Notes under the pieces: generated by a model
What the model was told of the DNA's origin: nothing
Database searches by the model: none
What the model saw: only the letters and a program-made list of their open reading frames with translations
Shown here: one piece after another, positions 48,688 through 58,586 of the stretch
Position numbering within the stretch: the first letter of the stretch is position 1
Layout: each line of letters starts with the position of its first letter
Translations under genes and position numbers: made by a program
NCBI RefSeq assembly: GCF_000143415.4
Contig: NW_003314384.1
Span: 248,001-312,000, forward strand
Source of the DNA: Selaginella moellendorffii
Lineage: Eukaryota; Plantae; Lycopodiophyta
Length of the DNA stretch: 64,000 bases
Direction: 5' to 3'

Positions 48688-49309
48688 ACTGGGTCGGACA
48701 GGGATTAAGTGTTGAAACGATTCATGAGCAAATAAAAATTGCGGATTCTAAGTAAGCACCGCCATGGCAGCTCATTGACGTCATTCTTTCTTACCACCGC
48801 AAAGCAGTAAATACGACTTTTCAAAGCGAAGAGACATTTGCGAAATAATCTGGATGGAAAGAAAAGTTAGCACGTAGCCACTCGAATCTCCAGCCTTCAT
48901 TGATTTTTAGGTGCTGTCCCCCAAAGGAAACAAACAGTGAGAGAGACTGTGTCATGAAGTTTTTATTCTCCCCGAACGACCCATTCGAGCTGACAGCTTC
49001 TTAAGCTTGATTTTTTCCAAGGTGGCGAAGCGCTGCTAAGCCAACACACCAAATGTGCGTCCTTTTCGTTGCTCTTGACCCGGATAAGGTCGGCATATAA
49101 AATCCGCATTGTCACAGTGCAGGCAGGATATTCCGGTCTTGACACGAGTGCGGCTGCTGCATGCGACTAGCCGCCGGATATTCGCCATACTTGCTTATCC
49201 TGTGCATCGGAAAATATCGAATGCGAGGTTCTGTTGTCCATCGCCAGGGTTTTTTTTTGGGATTCCACTTCACTGCTCCTTCCTGACTTAGTGGAGATCT
49301 AACTCAGAG

Positions 49310-49994
49310 ATGGGGTCTCTCATGGCTGGCTGGAACTCTCCTCGCACCAAGAAAAGTAAGTGATTTTTACTGCCATATCGCCTTGTCCTCAGAAGCCGGG
49401 ATGTTTTGGACAGGATTTGAGCGAAACTTGTCCCTCACCAAAGAGGAAATTGACTCCTACTGGCGTGTCAAGAAGGCGGATCAGAGCTCTCCCCAAGCTA
49501 GTACTCCAAATGTGCCAGCACTGAACCTCGTAAGCGTTTGGCTTTCGTTGTTTCGTGACTCCTAAGCTGTTGTCTAGCAGGCAAAGAAGACGATCCAGAA
49601 GAGCAGTACCTTTTCGAGCCAGGATGATGATCATATGGCGAGCGAGTGCGCCAGAATTCTTCAGCTTTCTCCGCACAAGGAAGTCCTCAAGAGCAAGACT
49701 TTCAACGGGCGCGAGGCGGAGGCCGAAGTTCATTCGGAGCTTCTAGTCGGCTCCGCTCCTGCCGCATGGTAACGCAATGAAAGGTTTCCTCTTGACTGGA
49801 TGGATGTTTTGGTATCCTCGTCTTGCAGGTGGACAAAAACAGATCTGGCATTTCTTAATGAGCGACCGGTGCTGGAATCTGTGGTCGGCAGGGCCTCCCA
49901 GTTCAAGTATGAGTCGCAGTTTAAAGTCACGGAGGCACTCAAGACTGACGATCAATCTCATAGATCCGCTTCCAACTCTACGTTTGTGTTCTAA
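49310..49994 (+). CDS. Small conserved plant protein of unknown function, multi-exon
   Basis: MGSLMAGWNSP, SLTKEEIDSYWR, WWTKTDLAFLNERP and YESQF pattern, recognised from a plant-conserved uncharacterised family. GT-AG introns. Confidence 0.8.
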
Positions 49995-50198
49995 AAGTTT
50001 ACGTTTCTTATAGAGCTGAGCTGTGTACATATTATATATACAGAAGTCTTCGTGTCAAGATTGAGGTTTTCTTGTTTTTGGAAAACTATCGCTCCAGGTT
50101 CATGCTCCTCGAGCCAGCCTCCACTCTGCAATATCTCTGCCATTACCTCCCGCTATTTATATGTAATAAATAATAAAAATATGACTCAAACGCAATTT

Positions 50199-52886
50199 CT
50201 AGAGACAATCCAAATCAACCAAGAGCTTCCGCAGCCTGTTGATATCGGAACCTGAGCTTTCTTTACTTTGCTCATACTTAACACGTTCAACCCTTGGGTT
50301 TAGCTTTCGGCGTTTCTTTCTTTTGTCTTCCTCCTCATCTTCATCTTCATCCACATCATTGCTACTGCTCACCCCTTCATAGTAGCAAATTTTAGCATTG
50401 ATCACCTTCTTCAACCCGTCTCTAGCCACATCGTCCCATCTCTTGGATATCTTAATCAAGCTAGCAATGTCGTCCCATGTCTTCTTACAATACAAGCTGC
50501 CATACTCCAAAAGTTCTTTCTCCAAAGGTTCTTTCTCCAAAAGTTTAAAATCACCGCTTCTCACACGCTTTACTATACTTTCCACCATTTCCGCATTGCC
50601 CAACCAAATTGCAACTTCAGCCAGTTCCTTGTTGTGACTATTATATACCAGTGCTCGCGACAAAAGTTCCAAGAACAGCTGCGTCACCTTTTCATCCTTC
50701 TTCAAGCCAAACAGCCCTGCTGCTTTTTTCATTTCCATCACCGCATCTCTCAGCCCCTGATTATTCACTTTCTTCACAGTGTTATGAAACTTCTCGTCCA
50801 GACCCAAGAGCAACACAAGCGCATCCGCACTCTCGATTTCCCTTAGCCCGCCATAGATTTGTGCGAAGTCAACATCCTTCATGAATCTCTTCTTTGCCAA
50901 GGCCATTGCAGCATCGTGACACCCTCGACACTCGAGCTCCACAACAAATGCCGCAACCCTTCTCAGAAAACTTCTCCTTCCTTCCTGCCGGAGTGCAGCC
51001 AGCTTTTCCATCTTTTTTGTTTCGCTGGAAATAGACTCATATCCTCCATTGGGCTTCTCTGCTTCTCGCTTCCACAAAACCTCTTGTTCTGTCAATGTCT
51101 TCTCCCAGAACTCTTCGATGCGAGGAAAGCTCGTCTCTCCCCACTTTTTGACTACCTGGACTAAGCAACTATCTGGAAGCGAGGGTGCGATACCCAAAAT
51201 CTTCCATGCATCATCTTCACGTCCACACTTGACGAAGAAGCCCAGCAAACGTGCCAAGAACAAGCTGCTCTCGCAGACTCTCTCCTCCGCCAAGAGCTTC
51301 TGTGCAAAACATACACCCGCCTCCTGCAAGCCATTCGCGTTCAGATGCTCGGCAAAGCTTACAATCCCGTGCTTCTTATCTTCCTCCTGCAAGAGCCCCT
51401 CAATCACCCCGCTGTAGCATTCATCCCATCCATACTTTTGTACCGTAGCAACCATATCCTGCGCTGCTGTTTCCATGAGCTCCAACCCCCACTTCTTCAT
51501 GATCGAAAAGGCAGCATCGCGAAAGTCGTGCTTGATGCAAAACTCTAGCAGAATTTCATCGAAACTCGTATCCTGGGAGTTTGATAGAGCATCCACGTAT
51601 CGCTCTAAATCCCCACTCGTCCGGCCAGGCTCATGCTTGTGCTGCTCCTCAAGCCAGTTCACTACACATCTGACTGGTTGTGTTGCGCACAGCGCCTCCA
51701 TTCTGCAATCCTTGGGCCACACTACTAAGGCAGCAGTGTGATAAAATGAGGTTGTATAGCTGCCATTGTCGCCATAGTGTGTCACATTCTTATCTGGTGA
51801 GTTGCCAAAAGGATCATTCTCGTTGCTTTCGTCCCTCACAACCTGATCCTTTATAGACAGGCTACTACTTGTGAAGTGCTCGAGTTTTTTATCGTCTATC
51901 GCTGTCCAGTTCGTCACACTGTACAACTCAGTCTCGCATATGTTATAAATCACGTTCGAGGTGCACGTCTGCTTGACGAGCATGCAGAGATAAACGTCGA
52001 GAAAGCTTTTGCAGCTCAGCACAAGCGCCGCCACAACCCTGTCGTGTCCCTTGAGCCCCGCAAAGCTCAAGCTGTTTTTCGAGTACTTGTGACCCAGCGG
52101 AATTGCGAGGATCGGTGATGAGGTGCCTTTCACATTCTCGGTCCATTCTTTCATTTGGCTTTGGACGCTCCCGAGAGCTGACAAGTAGTGTGGAACCTTG
52201 CAAGCATCCACATCCATGAACTTCCGCACCAGGCTAAACACCAGGCAGAGCCTTGTCCCGCTCGTCACCTCGGCCAGCTTGTGCTCGCAGTCGCAGAAGA
52301 AGGCCGTCTGGAAGTACCCCGTCCTCGAATCAGCACCAGAGAAATCAAAAGTGACACTGTTCTTCTTGCCGTGACGAATCTCCAGCTTACCACCCTCGTG
52401 GCCGGACTGCGTTGGAAGCTGAAAGATCATCGTCGCAAACATGCCATCTTCCTTCTCAGTATCCCTGTGGAACTTGAAGTGTCCACCCTGCTCATACAAC
52501 AGCAGCGTATACAGTCTCACGTCCAACCCAAGCGCAGCCGCATCAATCCCCAGCTCCTCGATCACGGGACTGGCCATGGCGAGCACCACCTTCGAGAAAA
52601 AGTCTGGGATCTGTGGGCAACTCACCTTGGACGCCTCCACTTGCCATGCGCGGCGCACGTCTGTGTCGAGCAAGGTTTCCTCGCCCTTTCCATAGGATGC
52701 TTGCTGCGCCACGGCCTTGAGCTTGAGAAAGCCATCGCCGGAGAGAGGGAGGGCGAGATCTCCAGCGCCCTCCACTTGCAAGGAGGTGGGCATGGCGAAT
52801 CTGCTTCCATCAACCTTGCCTCCCGTGGCACACTTTCGGCGGGGAAGAGCAGACCACAGTACCTTTAGTAGTGACTGGTAGTCCAT
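50199..52886 (-). CDS. 2OG-Fe(II) oxygenase domain protein with long helical C-terminus, intronless
   Basis: 895 aa. LLLYEQGGHFKFHRDTEK (HxD), HEGGKL, CEH and SGTR give the Fe triad plus the 2OG-binding Arg. C-terminal KRKKRRK. Confidence 0.88.
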   Translation of the reverse strand: MDYQSLLKVLWSALPRRKCATGGKVDGSRFAMPTSLQVEGAGDLALPLSGDGFLKLKAVAQQASYGKGEETLLDTDVRRAWQVEASKVSCPQIPDFFSKVVLAMASPVIEELGIDAAALGLDVRLYTLLLYEQGGHFKFHRDTEKEDGMFATMIFQLPTQSGHEGGKLEIRHGKKNSVTFDFSGADSRTGYFQTAFFCDCEHKLAEVTSGTRLCLVFSLVRKFMDVDACKVPHYLSALGSVQSQMKEWTENVKGTSSPILAIPLGHKYSKNSLSFAGLKGHDRVVAALVLSCKSFLDVYLCMLVKQTCTSNVIYNICETELYSVTNWTAIDDKKLEHFTSSSLSIKDQVVRDESNENDPFGNSPDKNVTHYGDNGSYTTSFYHTAALVVWPKDCRMEALCATQPVRCVVNWLEEQHKHEPGRTSGDLERYVDALSNSQDTSFDEILLEFCIKHDFRDAAFSIMKKWGLELMETAAQDMVATVQKYGWDECYSGVIEGLLQEEDKKHGIVSFAEHLNANGLQEAGVCFAQKLLAEERVCESSLFLARLLGFFVKCGREDDAWKILGIAPSLPDSCLVQVVKKWGETSFPRIEEFWEKTLTEQEVLWKREAEKPNGGYESISSETKKMEKLAALRQEGRRSFLRRVAAFVVELECRGCHDAAMALAKKRFMKDVDFAQIYGGLREIESADALVLLLGLDEKFHNTVKKVNNQGLRDAVMEMKKAAGLFGLKKDEKVTQLFLELLSRALVYNSHNKELAEVAIWLGNAEMVESIVKRVRSGDFKLLEKEPLEKELLEYGSLYCKKTWDDIASLIKISKRWDDVARDGLKKVINAKICYYEGVSSSNDVDEDEDEEEDKRKKRRKLNPRVERVKYEQSKESSGSDINRLRKLLVDLDCL

Positions 52887-52986
52887 AGCAAAACCTAAAA
52901 AACTGCCTCTATCTTAAACGCTTTTACTTGATGGGTTCGAATCCCATTCTCAGCATATTTGGGGTTTAGGGTTCTTGGGGAAGGAA

Positions 52987-54370
52987 ATGGCGCGTCTAGT
53001 GTGTCGCATGTAAGGGCTCGTCTTTGCGATCGGTTTTGCTTACATTCTCGTTTCCTTCTCGCAGCTGCCAGAAGCAGTACGCGAATTACACATGCCCCCG
53101 CTGCAATCTTCGCTATTGCTCGCTCCAGTGTTACAAGGTGAGGGAATTCGTGGTGTTTCTGGTGTGACTGTTGATTCTTTCGGGCAGGGCCACAGTGTGC
53201 AATGCACGGAAGCCTTCTCTCGCGACAACGTTCTCGCGGAGATGAAGAATGTGGAGGTGTCCAAGGAGACGAAGCAAAACATTCTGCAAGCATTGCAAAG
53301 GCAAAGCGAGGATGGAAAGGAATCCATTAACGATGGTCTGGCAGCTAAGTTTTCCCTGGATGGATAGAGTTTCTAACTTGGCATGGTGGCACAGAAGAGG
53401 AGGAGACTTCCATCTCGGACGAGACTTTACAGAAATTAATTGCTGGTAAGTTCTTTGCGTGTTCTTCGATTCAGTCACTCGCTCTTTCTTTTCATTTTTC
53501 TTCTTCCTAGGAGCCGAGGTCACAGTGGCTGATTTATCCTTGGACGAACTAAAAGCGTTTAAACGAGCTGTGGCAAGCGGAGAGCTGTGCCACCTTATCG
53601 AGCCATGGGAGCCCTGGTGGCTAAAACCGGGTGCCAAATCCTTGACTCTCGGCTCTCAAGGCAACAGTCTCGTGCAACCGCTCGACTCGACGAGCAACGA
53701 CGAACAAGAGAGTACGAACGAAGCTCCTCTTCCTCCATCGCAAGCTCTACCGCCGCTAAGTCACCTCTCTAAACTTGATCCTTCGCCGCTACTCCCGGTG
53801 CACCTCATCGATCTCCTTTACAGCTACTGCTTCGTGATGCGGCTTTACAATGGCGAGTGGAAGGACAGTCCGCTGGACGCGGCCATGGATTTGCTAGCGA
53901 CGTCCAGAGTTCTATCGCAGTCGGCTCAACCCGAGACGGTCACCGAGGTGATATGGTACTGCTCCGAGGCCGTGTGCTCGCCGGCTTTCAGGCACGCGGG
54001 TGGCAGCCAGCTCAGTCTGTTGCTCTGCGATGATACAGCGGCGCTTCTCCGGATTGGAAGGCCCGCGGTGGTACGTGCCTTGGCAGATCTCCAACGAATG
54101 CTGGAAGCCTCCATCGACGAGTCCAAGAAGCTCAAGATGGTCGACACCAAGAAGGAGAGCAAGCTTCTCCAGGCGGCTTCCAGGAAAGCTTTCTTCCTTA
54201 TGTGCTGGGCGAACCAACTTGGCGATGGCGTCGCTTGTTTTGCAGCTCTGGTGGACACCGAGAAGGAGAGACGTGCCGAATCCACTGAGTCGACGGTGAC
54301 GACGGCGAGGACAACGATGAGGACGACGAGGACGACGACCAAAGCAGTTTTGTCTGCCGCTGGCGATTGA
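52987..54370 (+). CDS. ZNHIT2: Zinc finger HIT domain-containing protein 2-like, multi-exon
   Basis: Spliced CRICQKQYANYTCPRCNLRYCSLQCYKGHSVQCTEAF (zf-HIT). IEPWEPWW and LYSYCFVMRLYNG present. Confidence 0.88.
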
Positions 54371-54994
54371 ATGCTACTCGAAGCTCGGTCACTGTGTCAA
54401 GCTCTTCTTTTGTTGATCTGCCGTTGTCCGTGTGCGTAGCCGAAGTTTCATCAGGTGCATCGCAAGTAAGCAACCAAAAGCTCGCTCCCTCGCTCGCGAT
54501 TCATCCATCCTTGCGGAAAGTGGGAGAATCAATCTTTTCGTTTCAAACAAGATCTAAGCTTTTTTCCACTACGTTTTATTTTGTCGCTGGGCTGCACTGG
54601 ATCCAATTACCAAATGAAATATCATATCTTCCTTTCTTGCGAGACGAAAATGTTTCTTTTTTCTCTTCTGCCTTCTCCGTAGTGGGATCCCCGTCCATTA
54701 AACTGCGAAAACGACGAGGTTTGAATTGAATCCAAAATAGTACATAACATCATAGGCATACATCTAAACCTCACATCAATCATCCCCTCATCTCGAAAGG
54801 ATGGTGTTGACTTGCAAACCAGTTTTTTTTTTCTTTGTCTATGCATCTCATAACTTCCATCCATATCGATCCGATCGAGCTCTTAAATGGAGGATCTTGC
54901 TAGCAGCGCCACTACCAGCGCCGCCGCCGCGCCGCCAGGGCGGAGGGAAGGGAAGGAACAGTGGGCAAAACCGGCTTAAAACGCAGCTCATCAC

Positions 54995-55264
54995 TTGATG
55001 CCCACTCTCTGCTTTTCCATAATTCGGACTGATCCCCTTCAACGCGGTCTTCTCGCTCAAATTCTTTCACCTCGAGGTGCGCCAGATGAGAGCAGGCGGA
55101 GATGGACGGCAGCTAGGGATCTAGAGCATCTAGGAGGCAAGATCATGAGGTATTGGAGATTCTTGGCAACTTCATGTGGCCGGATCGCTTCTTCCAGTGC
55201 CCGGAGCTGAGGAGCAGCATAATAGCGTTGAGATTGGAGCTGGAATCGCTCCATCCTATGTCGC
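54995..55264 (+). pseudogene. Multiply deleted fragment of the O-fucosyltransferase gene (source about 12236-12656, opposite strand)
   Basis: Colinear blocks: ttgatgcccactctc, ttccataattc, gatccccttc..gcggtcttctcgctc, ggcggagatggacggcagctagggatctagagcatct, aggaggcaagatca..gaggtattggagattcttggcaa, cttccagtgcc.ggagctga, gagattggagctgg, ccatcctatgtcgc. Confidence 0.9.
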
Positions 55265-55501
55265 AATCCATGCCGCGGTGTTCCCAAGCTTACAGTTGCA
55301 ATCTAAGTGTGTTGGGACGTGCGCCCCAATCAACGTCCCGAGGATGTGATTTGCAGCTTGCTGCCGCGCATGCGATCAAACACTCCTCCTTCCTCGGATG
55401 AGAGACAGAGCGCGAGATAAGAATGCAGATAGGTGTGCATTGATCAGGAACTGAGGCACAGCTTCGCCACCAATATAATGGATGCAAATATCATTATATG
55501 G

Positions 55502-57710
55502 CATTCTCAACATATTTGGGGATTAGGGTTCTCGGGTAAGGAAATGGCGCGTCATCGGTTTTGCTTAGATTCTCGTTTTCTTCTCGCAGCTGCCAGAAGC
55601 ATTACGCGAATTACACGTGCCCGCTGCAATCTTCGCTATTGCTCGCTCCAGTGTTACAAGGTGAGGGAATTCGTGGTGTTTCTGGTGTGACAGGGCCACA
55701 GTGTGCAATGCACAGAAGCCTTCTCTCGCGACAACGTTCTCGCGGAGATGAAGAATGTGGAGGTGTCCAAGGAGACGAAGAAAAAATTTCTGCAAGCATT
55801 GCAAAGGCAAAGCGAGGAACGAAAGGAATCCATTAACGATGGTCTGGCAGCTAAGTTTTCCCTGGATGGATAGAGTTTCTAACTTGGCATGGTGGCACAG
55901 AAGAGGAGGAGACTTTCATCTCGGACGAGACCTTGCACAAATTAATTGCTGGTAAGTTCTTCGCGTGTTCTTCGGTTCATTCACTCACTCGTTCTTTTCA
56001 TTTTTCTTCTTCCTAGGAGCCGAGGTCATAGTGGCTGATTTATCCTTGGACGAACTAAAAGCGTTTCAACGAGCTGTGGCAAGCGGAGAGCTGTGCCACC
56101 TTATCGAGCCATGGGAGCCCTGGTGGCTAAAACCGGGTGCCAAATCCTTGACTCTCGGCTCTCAAGGTAACAGTCTCGTGCAACCGCTCGACTCGACGAG
56201 CAAAGACGAACAAGCGAAGCTCCTCTTCCTCCATCGCAAGCTCTACCGCCGCTACGTCACCTCTCTAAACTTGATCCTTCGCCGCTACTCCCGGTGCACC
56301 TCATCGATCTCCTTTACAGCTACTGCTTCGTGATGCGGCTTTACAATGGCGAGTGGAAGGACAGTCCGCTGGACGCGGCCATGGATTTGCTAGCAACGTC
56401 CAAAGTTCTATCGCAGTCAGCTCAACCCGAGACGGTCACCGAGGTGATATGGTGCTGCTCCGAGGCCGTGTGCTCGCCGGCTTTCAGGCACGCGGGTGGC
56501 AGCCAGCTCAGTCTGTTGCTTTGCGATGATACAGCGGCAGTTCTCCGGATTGGAAGGCCCGCGGTGGTACGTGCCTTGGCAGATCTCCAACGAATGCTGG
56601 AAGCCTCCATCGACGAGTCCAAGAAGCTCAAGATGGTCGACACCAAGAAGGAGAGCAAGCTTATCCAGGCGGCTTCCAGGAAAGCTTTCTTCCTTATGTG
56701 CTGGGCGAACCAACTTGGCGATGGCGTCGCTTGTTTTGCAGCTCTGGTGGACACCGAGAAGGAAAGACGTGCCGAACCACTGAGTCGACGGTGGCGACGG
56801 CGACGACAACGACGAGGACGACGACCAAAGCAGTCTTGTCTGCCGCTGGCGATTGAATGCTACTCGAAGCTCGGTCACTGTGTAAGTCAATTCCTTCCAA
56901 GTCAAGCTCTTCTTTGGCTGATCTGCCATTGTTGTCCGTGTGCGTAGCCGAAGTTTCATCAGGTGCATCGCAAGGAAGCAACCAAAAGCTCGCTCCCTCG
57001 TTCGCGATTCATGCATCCTTGCGGAAAGTGGTAGAATCAATCTTTTCGTTTCAAACAAGATCTAAGCTTTTCGCCACTACTTTGTGTGTTTCTATTTTGT
57101 CGCTGGGCTGCGCTGGATCCCATTACCAAATGATAGATCAATGAGAATTCTCGAGAGGTACTAGCTTATCTTTTCCTGGTTCCTTTCTTACGAGACAAAT
57201 AACTTTCTTTTTTCTCTCCTTGTATATTCTCCTTTCCCTGGTGGGATCCCACGACGAGCGATCCAAGCTTGTTTCCAAGCCGCAAGGCCACAAATCCCGA
57301 GATGGTGCGCAGCTCTTGTTTGTCAAACACTTGGAGTGCACGAGCATCCTCCTCCGGCCCGCCATCTTTTGCCAGAATCTGTGCAAAAGAGATGACGCGC
57401 ACGGAATCGCTGGAATATCCGCTCCGTCCAACGCATGCATGAGTTCATGCACGCACGTAATCCTCTTGGTGTTGACTTGCAAAACCATTTTTTTTTTCTT
57501 TGTATCGATCGCTAATACATTTCATAACTTCCATCCATATCGATCCGATCGAGCTCTTAAATGGAGGATCTTCGCCGGCGCTAGCAGCGCCACCACCAGC
57601 GCCACCACCGCCGCCACCACCAGCTCCGCCGCCGCGCCGCCAGCGCGGAGGGAAGGAAGTTTCGTGGAAGGAACAGTGGGCAAAACCGGCTTAAAACGCA
57701 GCTCATCACT
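55502..57710 (+). repeat. Second unit of tandem duplication of 52945-54995
   Basis: Near-identical sequence from cattctca.catatttgggg to ccggcttaaaacgcagctcatcact. Confidence 0.92.
55544..56856 (+). pseudogene. ZNHIT2 pseudogene
   Basis: Exon-1 donor and first Cys deleted. Frameshifting deletions near 55620, 56212 and 56775 relative to copy 1. Confidence 0.85.
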
Positions 57711-57863
57711 CGCGTAGTGTTGTTAAGTCGCATTTCATCGCCTTGCGCTGTCGCAGTCTCACGCGCTATTCTAGCAGCAATCTTTATTTTTTTTCCTTCG
57801 CGAGGAGATTTGATTTGATCCGCTACTCCAAGGTTTTGGCCACCGCTCAGCGTCGATTCAGCC

Positions 57864-58586
57864 ATGCGGCCTCCCCCGCTGAAGATCGCTGGTGGCAGCG
57901 ATGACTCTTCGTCCAGCTCCAGAGATCCAAGGAATTCCAAGAACAAGGCTGTGTCCTCGCCCAGGCGCTCCAAGCCGCCACTGCCAGGGGCTCGTCGCGG
58001 GCCGGTTATAATTCACACATACTCGCCCAAGGTGATCCAGACGAGCACGCAGGATTTCATGGAGCTTGTCCAGCGCCTGACGGGTTCCTCCGACACGCGC
58101 CTTCGCTGCAAGAAGACCATCTCCACGAAATCTACCAAGGTATCCTCCTCCTTCTCTTCCTCCTCCTCCAAGAAGTTTAAATCCAGGCTCGCGCATTCCA
58201 ACGCCAGTGATGATCACCCAGGTGGTGTGTACAAGCCCACCAGGCCGAATCTGCCAGAAGAGATGGATGACGGTCCCCATGATGATGATCACTCCTCCTC
58301 TCAAGGATTGGCTGTGACGGACGATCTTAGTCTAGGATCCTTCAAAAGCCCTCTCCTCGCTAGCCATAGCAGCGACGAGCACATCAATTTGTCAGTAGGC
58401 ACGGGGGATTCGATGAACGCGAGTCTAGCAGCAGCCACTCCGGCGGGCGGATCACTGGGATGGTCGTCGCCAATCCCCACGCCAAACTTTCTCCTGCAGC
58501 ACGACCTGTTCAAGGATTTGCCGCTCTTGTCGCCAGTCTTCTCGCCTGCATGGCCACACCAGGTCGGCCGCTACGCTAGCTCCTAG
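57864..58586 (+). CDS. VQ motif-containing protein, intronless
   Basis: RPPPLKI, PVIIHTYSPKVI and FMELVQRLTG (FxxxVQxLTG). Confidence 0.93.
   Translation: MRPPPLKIAGGSDDSSSSSRDPRNSKNKAVSSPRRSKPPLPGARRGPVIIHTYSPKVIQTSTQDFMELVQRLTGSSDTRLRCKKTISTKSTKVSSSFSSSSSKKFKSRLAHSNASDDHPGGVYKPTRPNLPEEMDDGPHDDDHSSSQGLAVTDDLSLGSFKSPLLASHSSDEHINLSVGTGDSMNASLAAATPAGGSLGWSSPIPTPNFLLQHDLFKDLPLLSPVFSPAWPHQVGRYASS

Noticed and set aside
47116-52886. CYP716-like P450 near a 2OG oxygenase as a possible metabolic gene cluster
   Set aside because: No scaffold-forming enzyme (OSC/TPS) in the window, and the oxygenase is not of the DOXC specialised-metabolism type.
52930-52955. GATGGGTTCGAATCCCATTCTCAGCA resembling a tRNA 3' end
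   Set aside because: Only the T-arm and 3' acceptor half are present. No complementary 5' acceptor strand, D-arm or anticodon arm upstream, so it is not called as a tRNA gene.
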